DNA of 64,000 nucleotides from a plasmid: sequence record NZ_CP081674.1; one strand, 5' to 3'. Shown piece by piece: positions 1 to 8,670 of this stretch (position 1 is its first letter; each line of letters starts with the position of its first letter). The notes under the pieces were generated by a model. It saw only the letters and a program-made list of their open reading frames with translations, ran no database searches and was not told where the DNA came from. The position numbers and the translations under genes were made by a program.

Positions 1-410
1 GGCCGGTCGACGGGAGCGCCGACAATTCCGACCGTGGGACCCTTGGGCCACTTCGCCAGCTCCGCAGGATTGACGTACTTGGGTTGCGCTGGCTCACCGG
101 CAATCAATTGCGCCGACACCAAATTCAGCGCGGGATGCAGTCGACCATTAATGAACACGTATAACGCCGTCGACTTGCGATCGGCCACGATCTTCGTCGA
201 GTCGTCGATCTGACCGGCTGGCCGGAACCAACCGACCACCAATCCGCCGATCACCAACACGACACCGATAATCACCGACAACATCAGCAGGACGCGCTGC
301 AACCGCATCTGATCAACTTCCATCTTGACCGAGCGCCGAAGAAACGCGAATGCGAGGCGCCGCCGCAAGAACCAATGCCCGCTTACCTGCGTCCGTGTCG
401 CCAGGCCCAT
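1..410 (-). CDS. eccB: ESX conserved component EccB-like membrane protein (N-terminal part; gene continues beyond window start)
   Basis: Manual minus-strand translation from ATG (complement of 408-410) gives MGLATRTQVSGHWFLRRRLAFAFLRRSVKMEVDQMRLQRVLLMLSVIIGVVLVIGG...LHPALNLVSAQLIAGEPAQPKYVNPAELAKWPKGPTVGIVGAP. This closely matches the EccB N-terminus as recalled from memory (cytoplasmic arm, single TM helix, and the 'LHPVYNLTSARLVLGNPANP...GQTVGIPGAP' segment). Not in the ORF track because it is truncated by the window edge. Confidence 0.6.
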   Translation of the reverse strand, partial: MGLATRTQVSGHWFLRRRLAFAFLRRSVKMEVDQMRLQRVLLMLSVIIGVVLVIGGLVVGWFRPAGQIDDSTKIVADRKSTALYVFINGRLHPALNLVSAQLIAGEPAQPKYVNPAELAKWPKGPTVGIVGAPVDR

Positions 411-620
411 GCCGCGTCCGGCGCGGCTCGACTCTTGGGCCGGCGGAACCCACGGACCCCCGGACGGGCGCTGTTCAGATCCTTGATTCCCCACCACGGT
501 CCGGACGCTACCGCTACGGCGGACGCGAGCGCTACAAGTGTGTCCAAACTTGACGCGCAGTTTTTTCGAACGCCGCCAATATCGGCTCCGAACACCGCTC
601 GGCACTACTCACAGCGCTCA

Positions 621-3098
621 TCAATCCATGTCTTCTTCAACAGCGCGCAGCGGCTCGCTCAGGATCTCGCGCACATCAAGGCCTCCAGCCGCCGCTGCGT
701 AGACCATGTCCGCCAAGGGAAGCGGTGCCCTCGACCATCCATGCATCACTTCCATCGCCCTTGCTGCAGTCCACTCGACGCGGTACTGCTGGTGAGTCGA
801 CGCCGGAACGTCCTCAGGTCGGAAGTCATCGTCCATGCCGCCGGGGCATTTCGCGCCCACCAGCATGTAAAAGTTCCTGCACGCCGTCCCATACGACTCC
901 CACATGGGGGAATCTTTCTCCCGGTTAGCCCGCACCACAGCCCACGCTTCACGCAGCTCCTGCGGGTACTCACCAACCTGTTGCATTACTGACATCACCG
1001 CTTGGGTGAACGGAAACATCACACGCTCCTGCAGTGTCGATGAACCGGTACCGCTCACCTTCTCAAGTCGGTCATAGAGGTCGGGATACTCCAAAGCAAG
1101 ACGATGCACATGCATGTCATCGAGACCGGGCGGCGCCCAGCCCGTCGGCACACCCACCGGTCGATAGCCCTCATACGGATTGGCCGCGACATACTCAACC
1201 CCGTGACTACGGAACGCATCAACGCGTCCCGTCGTGGCTGCCGCCACCAAGGTCCAGTCATCCCCACGCCGCAGCGCCGCATACTCAACTAGAACCCGTG
1301 CCGGGTCAGACCATCCGAACCACAACGCTCGGAAGCTACTGTCCACCAAGGGATCAGCTACAAGCAACCGCACCGACCGAGGTAGATACACGCCCTCTGG
1401 AATGTAACCAGACCCCTCACTGCTGATCACAACGGTCTCCGAGCCAGTCGACGAGCGGAAAATACCGACCGCCCAGGCCAGCGGATACTGCCGAACACCA
1501 CAGGCACTCGCCAACTCCCACGCCAGCGCGCCTGCCTCAAGCGCATCACGCGACAGCGAGGGCCCGCGTTTCGCCGCACCAGCCGCAGGAGTAGCCATAG
1601 TCGCAGGGACCAGAGTCGGCGCTGCCGCCGAACCAGAACCACCAGCGGCCGCCGGACCAGATCCACCCGCACCCGAGGCTGAAGCCGGAATCGTCGCTGG
1701 AGTCGAACCTCCAGGCGACACCACACCACCCGGCGCTGCCGGCGCACCCATCCCTGGCGCGGGCATCATCATGCCGCCACCAGGCGAGCCAGCACCCACG
1801 CCGCCTGGTGCGCCCCCCACCGGCGGCACCACCGGCGCCGGTGCGTGAGCCCCAGACCCTGCCAACCCAGCAGGAGACGCCGGCGGTGCAGGACTTGTCC
1901 CAGCAATCGCAGCGCCACCAGTCCCGGGACTGGCAGAGGGAGTGGCCGCTCCCATCATCGACGGCGGCGACGACATCGGCGACACAGCATTGGCAACACC
2001 CGACCCGGCCCCCATACCCCGAGCGAGAGCCGCCGACGGATCACCAATCCCCGACCCGGACAACCCTGCCGCCGACGGTCCGCCGCCAGGAACCCCAGTC
2101 AACCCAGAAGCCGGCGACGCCCCAGACAACCCGCCAGCTCCAGAGGACAACGACGACAACGGATTACCACTACCCAATCCAGACAGACCACCAGGGAGAC
2201 CGCCCCCACCGCCTCCACCGCTCGGCAGGCTCCCGAGCCCACCCGGCATACCAGCGCCGCCCATCTTCGATGAAGACGAACCCGGTGTTCGACCCATGAC
2301 ACCGGCCGGACCGGGCGCCATCGGCACAGCCGGGGAACCCTGCGCGTCCGGTCCCCCATCTCCGAGCGCGTCCGGTGTCCGTGGGCCGTTTCCCGCGCCG
2401 CGATCCGGCGCGACACCACTGCCGCCGCGATCACTCGCGCTCGTCGAGCCCGTTCCTTTGTCTCCCGGTCCATTCTGCTGCGGCTCGTCCGCGCGGCCTC
2501 CTCGATCCCAAGTGTTCTGGGGTTTCGGGATGCCGGGCTGGTCCAGAGGTTTCGGTCCAGAACCAGGCGTTTCTGCAGGCAGATTTGCCAACCGTCCGGA
2601 CAGTGCGGCGAAGTCCGATCCGTATTTGGTCTGATTGTATGTGCGGTGAGCCTCCACTGTGGCCAGCCCATTTGCGTACGAAGCACGTGCGTCGCCATGC
2701 CAGCGCGCAATGATGGTCTCTCGGTCCAATGTTGTTTTCGCAGAGGAAAGCTCGTTGTGTGCGCTGGTGTCGTAGTTCTCATAGGCACTCGCGACGTCAC
2801 GCAGCACACGTGCCACGTTCTTGTGCAGTTCCTGCTGTCCGCGGACCCACGCCGCACCGCGTTGGTAGTCGGCGGCCAGCTCCTGATTTCGCTCGTGGCC
2901 CTCGTTGAAGCCCGGCGAATCCGCCGCGTCTTCTCGCTGGGCGTTGGCGACGGCAAGCTGTCGGCGCGCCGCGTCGAGCTGGTCAGCGATCTGGCCATAC
3001 CGCGCGGCTGCGGCCTCAATGGGCTCGGCCGGCGGCGCCTGGATATCTGGCGTAATGATCCGATGGGAGAATGGACGTAGGTTGTTTGTGCTTGCCAC
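621..3098 (-). CDS. EspK-like ESX secretion-associated protein (helical N-domain, long Gly/Pro/Ala/Ser low-complexity linker, globular C-domain)
   Basis: 825-aa ORF. The C-terminal domain (…SSEGSGYIPEGVYLPRSVRLL…) resembles the EspK C-terminal domain ('…[21 protein letters not shown]…'). The N-terminal 180 aa is helical, followed by a ~400-aa G/P/A/S linker. It is positioned next to eccB and upstream genes in the espK-espL-espB order seen in ESX-1. Confidence 0.55.
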   Translation of the reverse strand: MASTNNLRPFSHRIITPDIQAPPAEPIEAAAARYGQIADQLDAARRQLAVANAQREDAADSPGFNEGHERNQELAADYQRGAAWVRGQQELHKNVARVLRDVASAYENYDTSAHNELSSAKTTLDRETIIARWHGDARASYANGLATVEAHRTYNQTKYGSDFAALSGRLANLPAETPGSGPKPLDQPGIPKPQNTWDRGGRADEPQQNGPGDKGTGSTSASDRGGSGVAPDRGAGNGPRTPDALGDGGPDAQGSPAVPMAPGPAGVMGRTPGSSSSKMGGAGMPGGLGSLPSGGGGGGGLPGGLSGLGSGNPLSSLSSGAGGLSGASPASGLTGVPGGGPSAAGLSGSGIGDPSAALARGMGAGSGVANAVSPMSSPPSMMGAATPSASPGTGGAAIAGTSPAPPASPAGLAGSGAHAPAPVVPPVGGAPGGVGAGSPGGGMMMPAPGMGAPAAPGGVVSPGGSTPATIPASASGAGGSGPAAAGGSGSAAAPTLVPATMATPAAGAAKRGPSLSRDALEAGALAWELASACGVRQYPLAWAVGIFRSSTGSETVVISSEGSGYIPEGVYLPRSVRLLVADPLVDSSFRALWFGWSDPARVLVEYAALRRGDDWTLVAAATTGRVDAFRSHGVEYVAANPYEGYRPVGVPTGWAPPGLDDMHVHRLALEYPDLYDRLEKVSGTGSSTLQERVMFPFTQAVMSVMQQVGEYPQELREAWAVVRANREKDSPMWESYGTACRNFYMLVGAKCPGGMDDDFRPEDVPASTHQQYRVEWTAARAMEVMHGWSRAPLPLADMVYAAAAGGLDVREILSEPLRAVEEDMD

Positions 3099-3140
3099 GG
3101 ACTGCTCCCCCCCTCAACTTGTGTGGATCCCGAGACTGAT

Positions 3141-3737
3141 TTACCCGAGGCCGCAGAGTCTGTTCACGGATACAACTGCTGCGTTTATCCTGTCGGTCGC
3201 AGCATCAGCTTCGGAGCCCATCCGCCGCATGGTGGCTTCCTCGTAATCGTTGTGAGCCACAAGGAAATCATGAATCGAGGCCTTGATTTCGGCCGGTGTG
3301 GCAACGTCCACTTGGCTCATCAGATGTGCTTTTTGCACGAGCGCGCTACGTGCCTCAATGCCTATCGCGTCCCTGGTCTCTGGCTCGTCCCAACCGAGCG
3401 GAGCGTTTGCAACCGCATTTCCGTTCTTAGCCATAGCTTCTGAGGCCGATACCCAGGCCATGCATGCTGCATCCTTGGCTGCAGCGGTCTCCGCTGCGGT
3501 GTAGACAGAGGGTGGCGCGGGCACGATCACGGTGTGTTGAGCGGGTTTGTCAGCGACAACTAGCCCGACCGCGCTGACAACCGTGGCGAGAGCTGAAATG
3601 GCGAGCGCACTGCCAGCGAGGACTGTCGCTCCACCGAATCTCGCACGTCGAGGGCGGTTCGCGACTGCTGCCCCAGAATCGCCATCTGAGGGCACCGGAG
3701 CGAGGTTGGTCGGACGTTCAGGGGCATGGATACTCAT
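3141..3737 (-). CDS. single-pass membrane protein, paralog of 4078..4761 (function unknown)
   Basis: 198 aa with one hydrophobic helix (VLAGSALAISALATVVSAVGLVV). It shares a conserved block 'TAAETAAAKDAACMAWVS' with 'TPEQIAAAKKEACDASVS' in the 227-aa neighbour. ATGA start/stop overlap with the upstream ORF. Confidence 0.5.
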   Translation of the reverse strand: MSIHAPERPTNLAPVPSDGDSGAAVANRPRRARFGGATVLAGSALAISALATVVSAVGLVVADKPAQHTVIVPAPPSVYTAAETAAAKDAACMAWVSASEAMAKNGNAVANAPLGWDEPETRDAIGIEARSALVQKAHLMSQVDVATPAEIKASIHDFLVAHNDYEEATMRRMGSEADAATDRINAAVVSVNRLCGLG

Positions 3738-4078
3738 GTGGCCACCGGGATTACTGTCAGGGACTGCCGATTCGACTCATCGGTCTCAACCGCGGCTGTG
3801 ACCGCCTCGCAGTTCTTGCGGGAGATACGGGCGCCTCGACTGCTGAGGGCGAGAAAGACGGTCTGAAGACCGGCTTCGGCGGCGGCCGACGCCTCGGCGA
3901 CTGGAGCCCATCCGGGGAACGCTGCAGTGGTGGCAGCGGTGGAGCCGGTCGTAGCAGCACCGGTTGCGCCTGCGGCTGCGGACATGGCGCCGGTCGCAAC
4001 AACCACGCCTGTCGTTGTTGCGTTTGCGGCGGCTGCGGGTTCTGGCTGCAGTTCGAGATGGCGTTGAACGGAAGGCAT
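3734..4078 (-). CDS. small Ala/Thr-rich protein (hypothetical)
   Basis: 114 aa. Start/stop overlaps on both sides (TAATG with the upstream gene, ATGA with the downstream gene) argue that it is translated. The composition is low complexity. Confidence 0.35.
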   Translation of the reverse strand: MPSVQRHLELQPEPAAAANATTTGVVVATGAMSAAAGATGAATTGSTAATTAAFPGWAPVAEASAAAEAGLQTVFLALSSRGARISRKNCEAVTAAVETDESNRQSLTVIPVAT

Positions 4079-4761
4079 TAGCGGCAGACCTCATCAAGTC
4101 GATCGCCCCAGCGGACAACTTCGCCCCGGAGCTTGTCGAGCTGGTCGTTGGGGAGCTCACGGGTGTAGGCGTCCCCCAACGCAATCCAGGCGTCGATGTA
4201 GTGAGACGTTGCCTCTTGGACATCGGCCGGGGTGGCTGGCGGGGCGTGATTACGCATGTACTCGATCTCGATCATCAACACCGTTGAAAAGGTCGAGAGC
4301 GCCCCGGCATGTTCGGGTGAAACCCGGTTGCCCAACGTCGCCATCAGTTCCCTGTGTACGCCGCCGAGAGGTTGATCCACACTTACGCTCGCGTCGCAGG
4401 CTTCCTTCTTCGCCGCGGCGATCTGTTCTGGGGTGTAGGTCGGTGGCGGCGCGACCATCGTGGTTGTGGTCGCCGGCGGCGCAGGCCTCGTCAAGTTGAT
4501 TGCGGTCATGATGATCGCCGCGATGCCGAGAAGGCACGCCGCCGCGCTCATGGCGAACACCCAGCGACCCCCGCCTCGTCCGCTGCTCTTGCCTGGTTCA
4601 GGCAGGGGTGTTGGAACGGTCTGGGGCGAACCGGTTGGAGGTGGCGGCGGTTGCGGTGCCGCTGAGGCCGGCTGGGTGAGGGTTGCGCCGGGCCTCGCCC
4701 ATGCCGCATCGGGACCGGGCGCAAATGCCTGTCCGTGCTGCTGCGGGTGCGGCTCACTCAC
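4078..4761 (-). CDS. Pro-rich single-pass membrane protein, paralog of 3141..3737
   Basis: 227 aa with a Pro-rich N-terminus, a TM helix (WVFAMSAAACLLGIAAIIMTAI) and a C-terminal domain homologous to the 198-aa paralog. Confidence 0.5.
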   Translation of the reverse strand: MSEPHPQQHGQAFAPGPDAAWARPGATLTQPASAAPQPPPPPTGSPQTVPTPLPEPGKSSGRGGGRWVFAMSAAACLLGIAAIIMTAINLTRPAPPATTTTMVAPPPTYTPEQIAAAKKEACDASVSVDQPLGGVHRELMATLGNRVSPEHAGALSTFSTVLMIEIEYMRNHAPPATPADVQEATSHYIDAWIALGDAYTRELPNDQLDKLRGEVVRWGDRLDEVCR

Positions 4762-4947
4762 CTTCTCAGCCTAAACCGCAGCGCAGACATGCGGCTACAA
4801 GTAAGTCCGCATCCGAGTAGACATGCCTTCCGCAAATGCCCTACAAACCCATCGCCAGCTAATCGGGCAGATCACCGTGCCGGTAATGTTCGCGCCGATA
4901 TTCCGCACCAATTCGAGCACTCAGCAAATGGCCTTGACCGTAGGCGT

Positions 4948-5868
4948 TCACACCAGTGTCAGCCACATCCAGCGCTCAGGTGAACGGCGCCGCATGGCGT
5001 GCACAAATCCGTTGAGTCCTCCGTTGAATCTGGCGATCACCGGCAATCGATCGCCTCCCTGGTGTAGCGCAGCGTCCAAGATATTTTGCTTTGACAGGCG
5101 TTCGCTGGTGCTCCCGAACTGTGCCCCGCACTCTTGGCATACAAACGGCCCGAAGACGACGGGAGTGTCTGGAGCGTCAACGTCAACAAAGTGCGCTCGC
5201 TTGAGATGCTCGTTGGTGATGACATGTGGACCGGTGTCGAGGCCAACGTGGTCGAGGATCTCGAGCACTTCATCGGCAGAGGCGTACCAACCCGGCAGCC
5301 CTGGCTTCCACAACGCACCGTCGTTGCTGTACTCGCTCAGATCCATCCATTTCGGCAACAGAGCGACGTAATCGTCGGTGACTCCGAGCCCACGCATCTC
5401 CTCCGAGACCAGGACGGTGCCGTCGGCGGCGTGCGTTTCTTCCCACAGCCCGTAGTAGCGGTAGGGCCAGCATTCTTGGTTCTGCTGGCGCCGGTCGAGC
5501 ACTACTGCGCGGTCGATGACGGCGGTGATAATCAGCGGGTGTGCGCTGGCGGTGTAGACGCTGCCGATTTTCGGATGGTTGAAGTCCGGATCCGGTTCGA
5601 GCTGGCCTTGCGGCTCGACGCTATACACGTCGCCGGGAATCTCATGTCCGTCTTCGTTGACGTAACGAGCGGCATAGCCTCTCGCTGAACCCAGATGGGT
5701 GGTGCAGTACACCAGGTCCGGGCGATATTTGGGTTTGGTCATCGCGCGCAGTCCCGGAGAGTGTGCGTAGGCGCTGGTGTAGTCGAAGCCCAGATGGGCT
5801 GCGGGATAGATGATGTCGCCGGGTTGCTTGCCGGGAATTCCGCCGTGGTACAGGCGAGTTTCGGACAT
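4948..5868 (-). CDS. Arr-type (rifampin ADP-ribosyltransferase fold) domain fused to ~190-aa C-terminal domain of unknown function
   Basis: Start chosen at the internal Met (MSETRLYHGG…). Residues 1-125 align with Arr enzymes recalled from memory: 'LYHGG…GDIIYPAAHLGF' vs 'FYHGT…GDLLTTGF', 'VYSVEPQGQLEPDPDFNHPK' vs 'IYIVEPTGPFEDDPNLTNKR', and 'SVYTASAHPLIITAVID' vs 'SYRTCEPLRIVGVVED'. The C-terminal half (WPYRYYGLWEE…FVCQECGAQFG…) has no family I recognise. Confidence 0.65.
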   Translation of the reverse strand: MSETRLYHGGIPGKQPGDIIYPAAHLGFDYTSAYAHSPGLRAMTKPKYRPDLVYCTTHLGSARGYAARYVNEDGHEIPGDVYSVEPQGQLEPDPDFNHPKIGSVYTASAHPLIITAVIDRAVVLDRRQQNQECWPYRYYGLWEETHAADGTVLVSEEMRGLGVTDDYVALLPKWMDLSEYSNDGALWKPGLPGWYASADEVLEILDHVGLDTGPHVITNEHLKRAHFVDVDAPDTPVVFGPFVCQECGAQFGSTSERLSKQNILDAALHQGGDRLPVIARFNGGLNGFVHAMRRRSPERWMWLTLV

Positions 5869-5872
5869 CGCG

Positions 5873-6223
5873 TCAAACCTCGTCAAGCTCGTCGTCGTAC
5901 TCCTCGGCGATCGTGATGGGCACTGCGGCATGTTCCTCGGCAGCTGCTGTCACAGCCGATTTCAGGGCGGTGTTCAGCAGTTCCTCAAGTCCCTCGTGGG
6001 TGTATCGAACCGTGCAGCCCTCAGCCAGCGACAGTGAAACCAGTCGTCCTCTGGCGTCCACGGACAGCTCAACATCGCCGTCCCCTGCGGTCACGTCAAT
6101 GCCGATACTGTCCCATTCGGCGCGAAGCTTGCTCAGCACGTTGCTGATGCGCTCGACCCGCTGAATCATCTGTCTGCTGAACTCGGCGTCGGCTTCGTAG
6201 CCTGGGTATTCGTAGACGGTCAC
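5873..6223 (-). CDS. EspL-like / YbaB-fold small protein with acidic tail
   Basis: 116 aa; the core 'DGDVELSVDARGRLVSLSLAEGC' resembles EspL 'VEVTINGHQWLTGLRIEDGLL' (YbaB/EbfC fold). It sits between the espB-like gene and the ADP-ribosyltransferase gene, with a 4-nt start/stop overlap with the espB-like gene. Confidence 0.5.
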   Translation of the reverse strand: MTVYEYPGYEADAEFSRQMIQRVERISNVLSKLRAEWDSIGIDVTAGDGDVELSVDARGRLVSLSLAEGCTVRYTHEGLEELLNTALKSAVTAAAEEHAAVPITIAEEYDDELDEV

Positions 6224-7989
6224 GATTCGTCGCCCTTCGGCAGATCAATGCGTCGGCGACGGGTGACGGTGACCGCGGTCGTCGGAGTGGCTTTGACTTC
6301 TGCTGCCCTCTTCTGTTCGCCAGTGGGGTCATCAGCTTGCTCGGTATGACGGCGCGGCACCTGGCCCTTGACCATCTCCGAGTTTGGCTCGGTGGGCAGG
6401 TGAATGGACTTGTCAGGTTCCTTGACCGGCCGCGCTCCCCCGCCGCCACCACCCATGCCAGCGCCCGCCATCGGCGGCATCATCATCGGCATGCCGCCCG
6501 CTGCGGGTCCGGCGGCCGTCGCGCCGACCGCAGGCGCCGCGGCGCTGTTGATCGTCGGTGTAGGACCGGCAGGTCCGCCCATCGCGAGCATGTTGCCGCT
6601 TGCGGGCGACAGGGGGCCAGGTGCTCCACCGGCGGGTTCGGTCCCTCCACCGCCTCCACCGCCGCCTCCAGAGGACAAGCCGCCGAACGAGTCGGGTTCC
6701 AGTCCAGATGTGTCGAGTTCGCCGAGTTCGGGTTCGGCCAGTCCTTCAGTCAATCCCTGCACCGCTTGGGTCGCTTGGGAGGCAGCCGACTGGACCTGCT
6801 GTCCGATGGCCGACGGGATGCTCGTCACTGCGCCGAGCGCACCACCCAACGCGCCGGCCAGCATCGTGGGCAGCATCGCAGCCATCGGTGCCATCTGGCT
6901 CACCATGTCGCCCTGTCCTTGTCCAGCCAGGGCGGGATCGCTCGTCGGCAGACCGTCTGATCCCAGCTCTGCACCCGCGAGCGCAACGTCGTCACCGGGC
7001 ACGGCGGCGGCAGCTGCGTCGTCGACATGTTCGCCGACCGCGGGTGATTGGCCGACTGATGCGGGGTCGCCGTTGCGGGCACCGGGATCGGTTTGACCGA
7101 CCACCGGCTTCACCGGTGGCGGGGGTGGCGGCGCGGCGGGCAGTTCCCCCAGGTGGTAATTCGCCGAGGCGATCCCCGCTCCGGTGTTGAGCGCCGCCAA
7201 CTCGGTCTTGAGCTGTGTCACCACGCCCGAATATGCACCTGCGAAGCGGGCGTTGAGCGTGGTCGCGTTGGAGAGCTCGCGTTCCTTGTTGGTGAACGCC
7301 GCAGTGCGAGGGGTGTCCTTTTGAGCTGTACTGAACCGCTCCCGATGCCCGCTGGCGGCCTGAGCGACCGTCGTCGCGTGGTCTCCCATTCGGTCTGCCC
7401 AGTTAGCGAATCGCGTCAGTGCTGCCGCCAGCTCAGGACCTGTCTGGCCGTGAAGTGATTGCTCGACTGCGTTGACCGCCGATCGGGCGGCGCTGGCCGT
7501 TTGACGGAAACCCGCACTGTAGCGGCCGCACGCAGCCACGAACGATGTTCCAGCTTCGCTTTGGCCGCTTTCCATGATCGCGGCCTGGACCTTGCCGGGC
7601 CGGGCCGCTGTCGGAACGATCGGCACATCCGGCGCGACGGCATTCGCTGTGGCGGCGGGATTCATTGCCGCAGTGACCCCGCCGTGGGCTCCAGATTGAA
7701 GGCTAGACAGGGACGCGGCGTTCTCCCGGTCCATATCGGTGAACACGCGCGCTACTTCGTTGACTGCCTGGACAGCTGATTGCAGCACCTGAGCCCCGTC
7801 GGCTGCGCGGGACGCCATCACAGCGCCATGCTCGGATAACCGTGCGGCCGCTGAGGCCGAAACTTCATCGCCGGCCAGAGCAGCATGTGCCGGCGGTGTG
7901 GCCGCTAGGGCAACCAAGGTTGATGCCGCTGCGGCGAGCTGACTCGACGCACCGGCCAGGCCTGCATCGTTGGCATATAAGGCCACCAT
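6220..7989 (-). CDS. EspB-like secreted protein (helical PE/PPE-like N-domain, poly-Pro hinge, Gly-rich tail)
   Basis: 589 aa. The N-terminal ~280 aa is helical and followed by PPPPPPV. There is a long G/A/P-rich region containing a GGGGGGGGG run, and a charged C-terminus. The architecture and position match espB in the ESX-1 espK-espL-espB block. Confidence 0.5.
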   Translation of the reverse strand: MVALYANDAGLAGASSQLAAAASTLVALAATPPAHAALAGDEVSASAAARLSEHGAVMASRAADGAQVLQSAVQAVNEVARVFTDMDRENAASLSSLQSGAHGGVTAAMNPAATANAVAPDVPIVPTAARPGKVQAAIMESGQSEAGTSFVAACGRYSAGFRQTASAARSAVNAVEQSLHGQTGPELAAALTRFANWADRMGDHATTVAQAASGHRERFSTAQKDTPRTAAFTNKERELSNATTLNARFAGAYSGVVTQLKTELAALNTGAGIASANYHLGELPAAPPPPPPVKPVVGQTDPGARNGDPASVGQSPAVGEHVDDAAAAAVPGDDVALAGAELGSDGLPTSDPALAGQGQGDMVSQMAPMAAMLPTMLAGALGGALGAVTSIPSAIGQQVQSAASQATQAVQGLTEGLAEPELGELDTSGLEPDSFGGLSSGGGGGGGGGTEPAGGAPGPLSPASGNMLAMGGPAGPTPTINSAAAPAVGATAAGPAAGGMPMMMPPMAGAGMGGGGGGARPVKEPDKSIHLPTEPNSEMVKGQVPRRHTEQADDPTGEQKRAAEVKATPTTAVTVTRRRRIDLPKGDES

Positions 7990-8022
7990 CGGGCGTGTCC
8001 CCCTCTCCCTGGTTGGTTTCGG

Positions 8023-8331
8023 CTAGAAGTCGATCGTCTGCTGATACTGGCGCACCTGCTGCTCAGTTGGGAGCTGCGGAAGAATTCCCTCCACATGATT
8101 GGCGGCCATCTCCTGCCGGAGTGCCAACTGCGAGCGCAGGTAGGCCAACGTGTTGAGTCGCACGATACGGTTGGCGAGCTCATCGTCGGTCAAGTCCAGA
8201 GCCGGGGCTTCCAGCTGAACAGCGAGGGTGTTCCCGGAGCGGCCCACACGCACAATCACCGATTCGTCTCGGCTGGCCGCCTCAAAAGACTCCACTCGGG
8301 TGGTTGCATCAAGCACTGCGCATAACCTCAA
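8023..8331 (-). CDS. YbaB/EbfC-like small protein
   Basis: 102 aa, 'VIVRVGRSGNTLAVQLEAPALDLTDDELANRIV' has a YbaB-like pattern. It is a second YbaB-fold gene in the cluster. Confidence 0.4.
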   Translation of the reverse strand: MRLCAVLDATTRVESFEAASRDESVIVRVGRSGNTLAVQLEAPALDLTDDELANRIVRLNTLAYLRSQLALRQEMAANHVEGILPQLPTEQQVRQYQQTIDF

Positions 8332-8636
8332 TCAGTGCGGATGGTCAGATTGCTGACGTTCTCGGCGGTCATGTTGTCGAATGCGGTAGCCGCATTGCGC
8401 AGCGCCGACGCCAGCTCGCGGTTCTTGTTCTCCTCGGTTTGCAGCGCCTGCTCCCGCTTATTGATCGCTTCCACAGCGGCACGCCGTGATTCGTGGAATA
8501 GCGGGCCCCAGCTTTCGGTTTCGGTGACCGCACGCGAATGCTCGGCGCGGGCATCCGCGCACTGTTGGGCTACTTTGTCGTAGTAGATCGCGGCCTGTCG
8601 CAAATCGTCCGCAGAAAACTGCAGGTTCACACTCAT
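8328..8636 (-). CDS. WXG100-like small helical protein
   Basis: 102 aa, with predicted helix-turn-helix hairpin composition and a W-x-G motif (ESWGPLF) near the hairpin turn. It has a 4-nt overlap with the downstream YbaB-like gene. Confidence 0.45.
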   Translation of the reverse strand: MSVNLQFSADDLRQAAIYYDKVAQQCADARAEHSRAVTETESWGPLFHESRRAAVEAINKREQALQTEENKNRELASALRNAATAFDNMTAENVSNLTIRTD

Positions 8637-8670
8637 GAACTTACTCCTGACGGGTGGGGGTTGGATTCAC

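Noticed and set aside
1808-3019. Long plus- and minus-strand ORFs (163-306 aa, Pro/Arg/Thr-rich) overlapping the espK-like gene
   Set aside because: They are shadow ORFs generated by the G/P/A-rich repeat region of a high-GC gene. Their composition (poly-R, poly-P, poly-T) is typical of wrong-frame translation, and the 825-aa frame has recognisable domains.
6337-7190. Several 196-230-aa plus-strand ORFs antisense to the espB-like gene
   Set aside because: Products of the Gly/Ala/Pro-rich region read in other frames (poly-P, poly-R); no independent support.
8095-8583. Plus-strand ORFs antisense to the YbaB-like and WXG-like genes
   Set aside because: Short, overlapping coupled minus-strand genes with better composition and operon logic.
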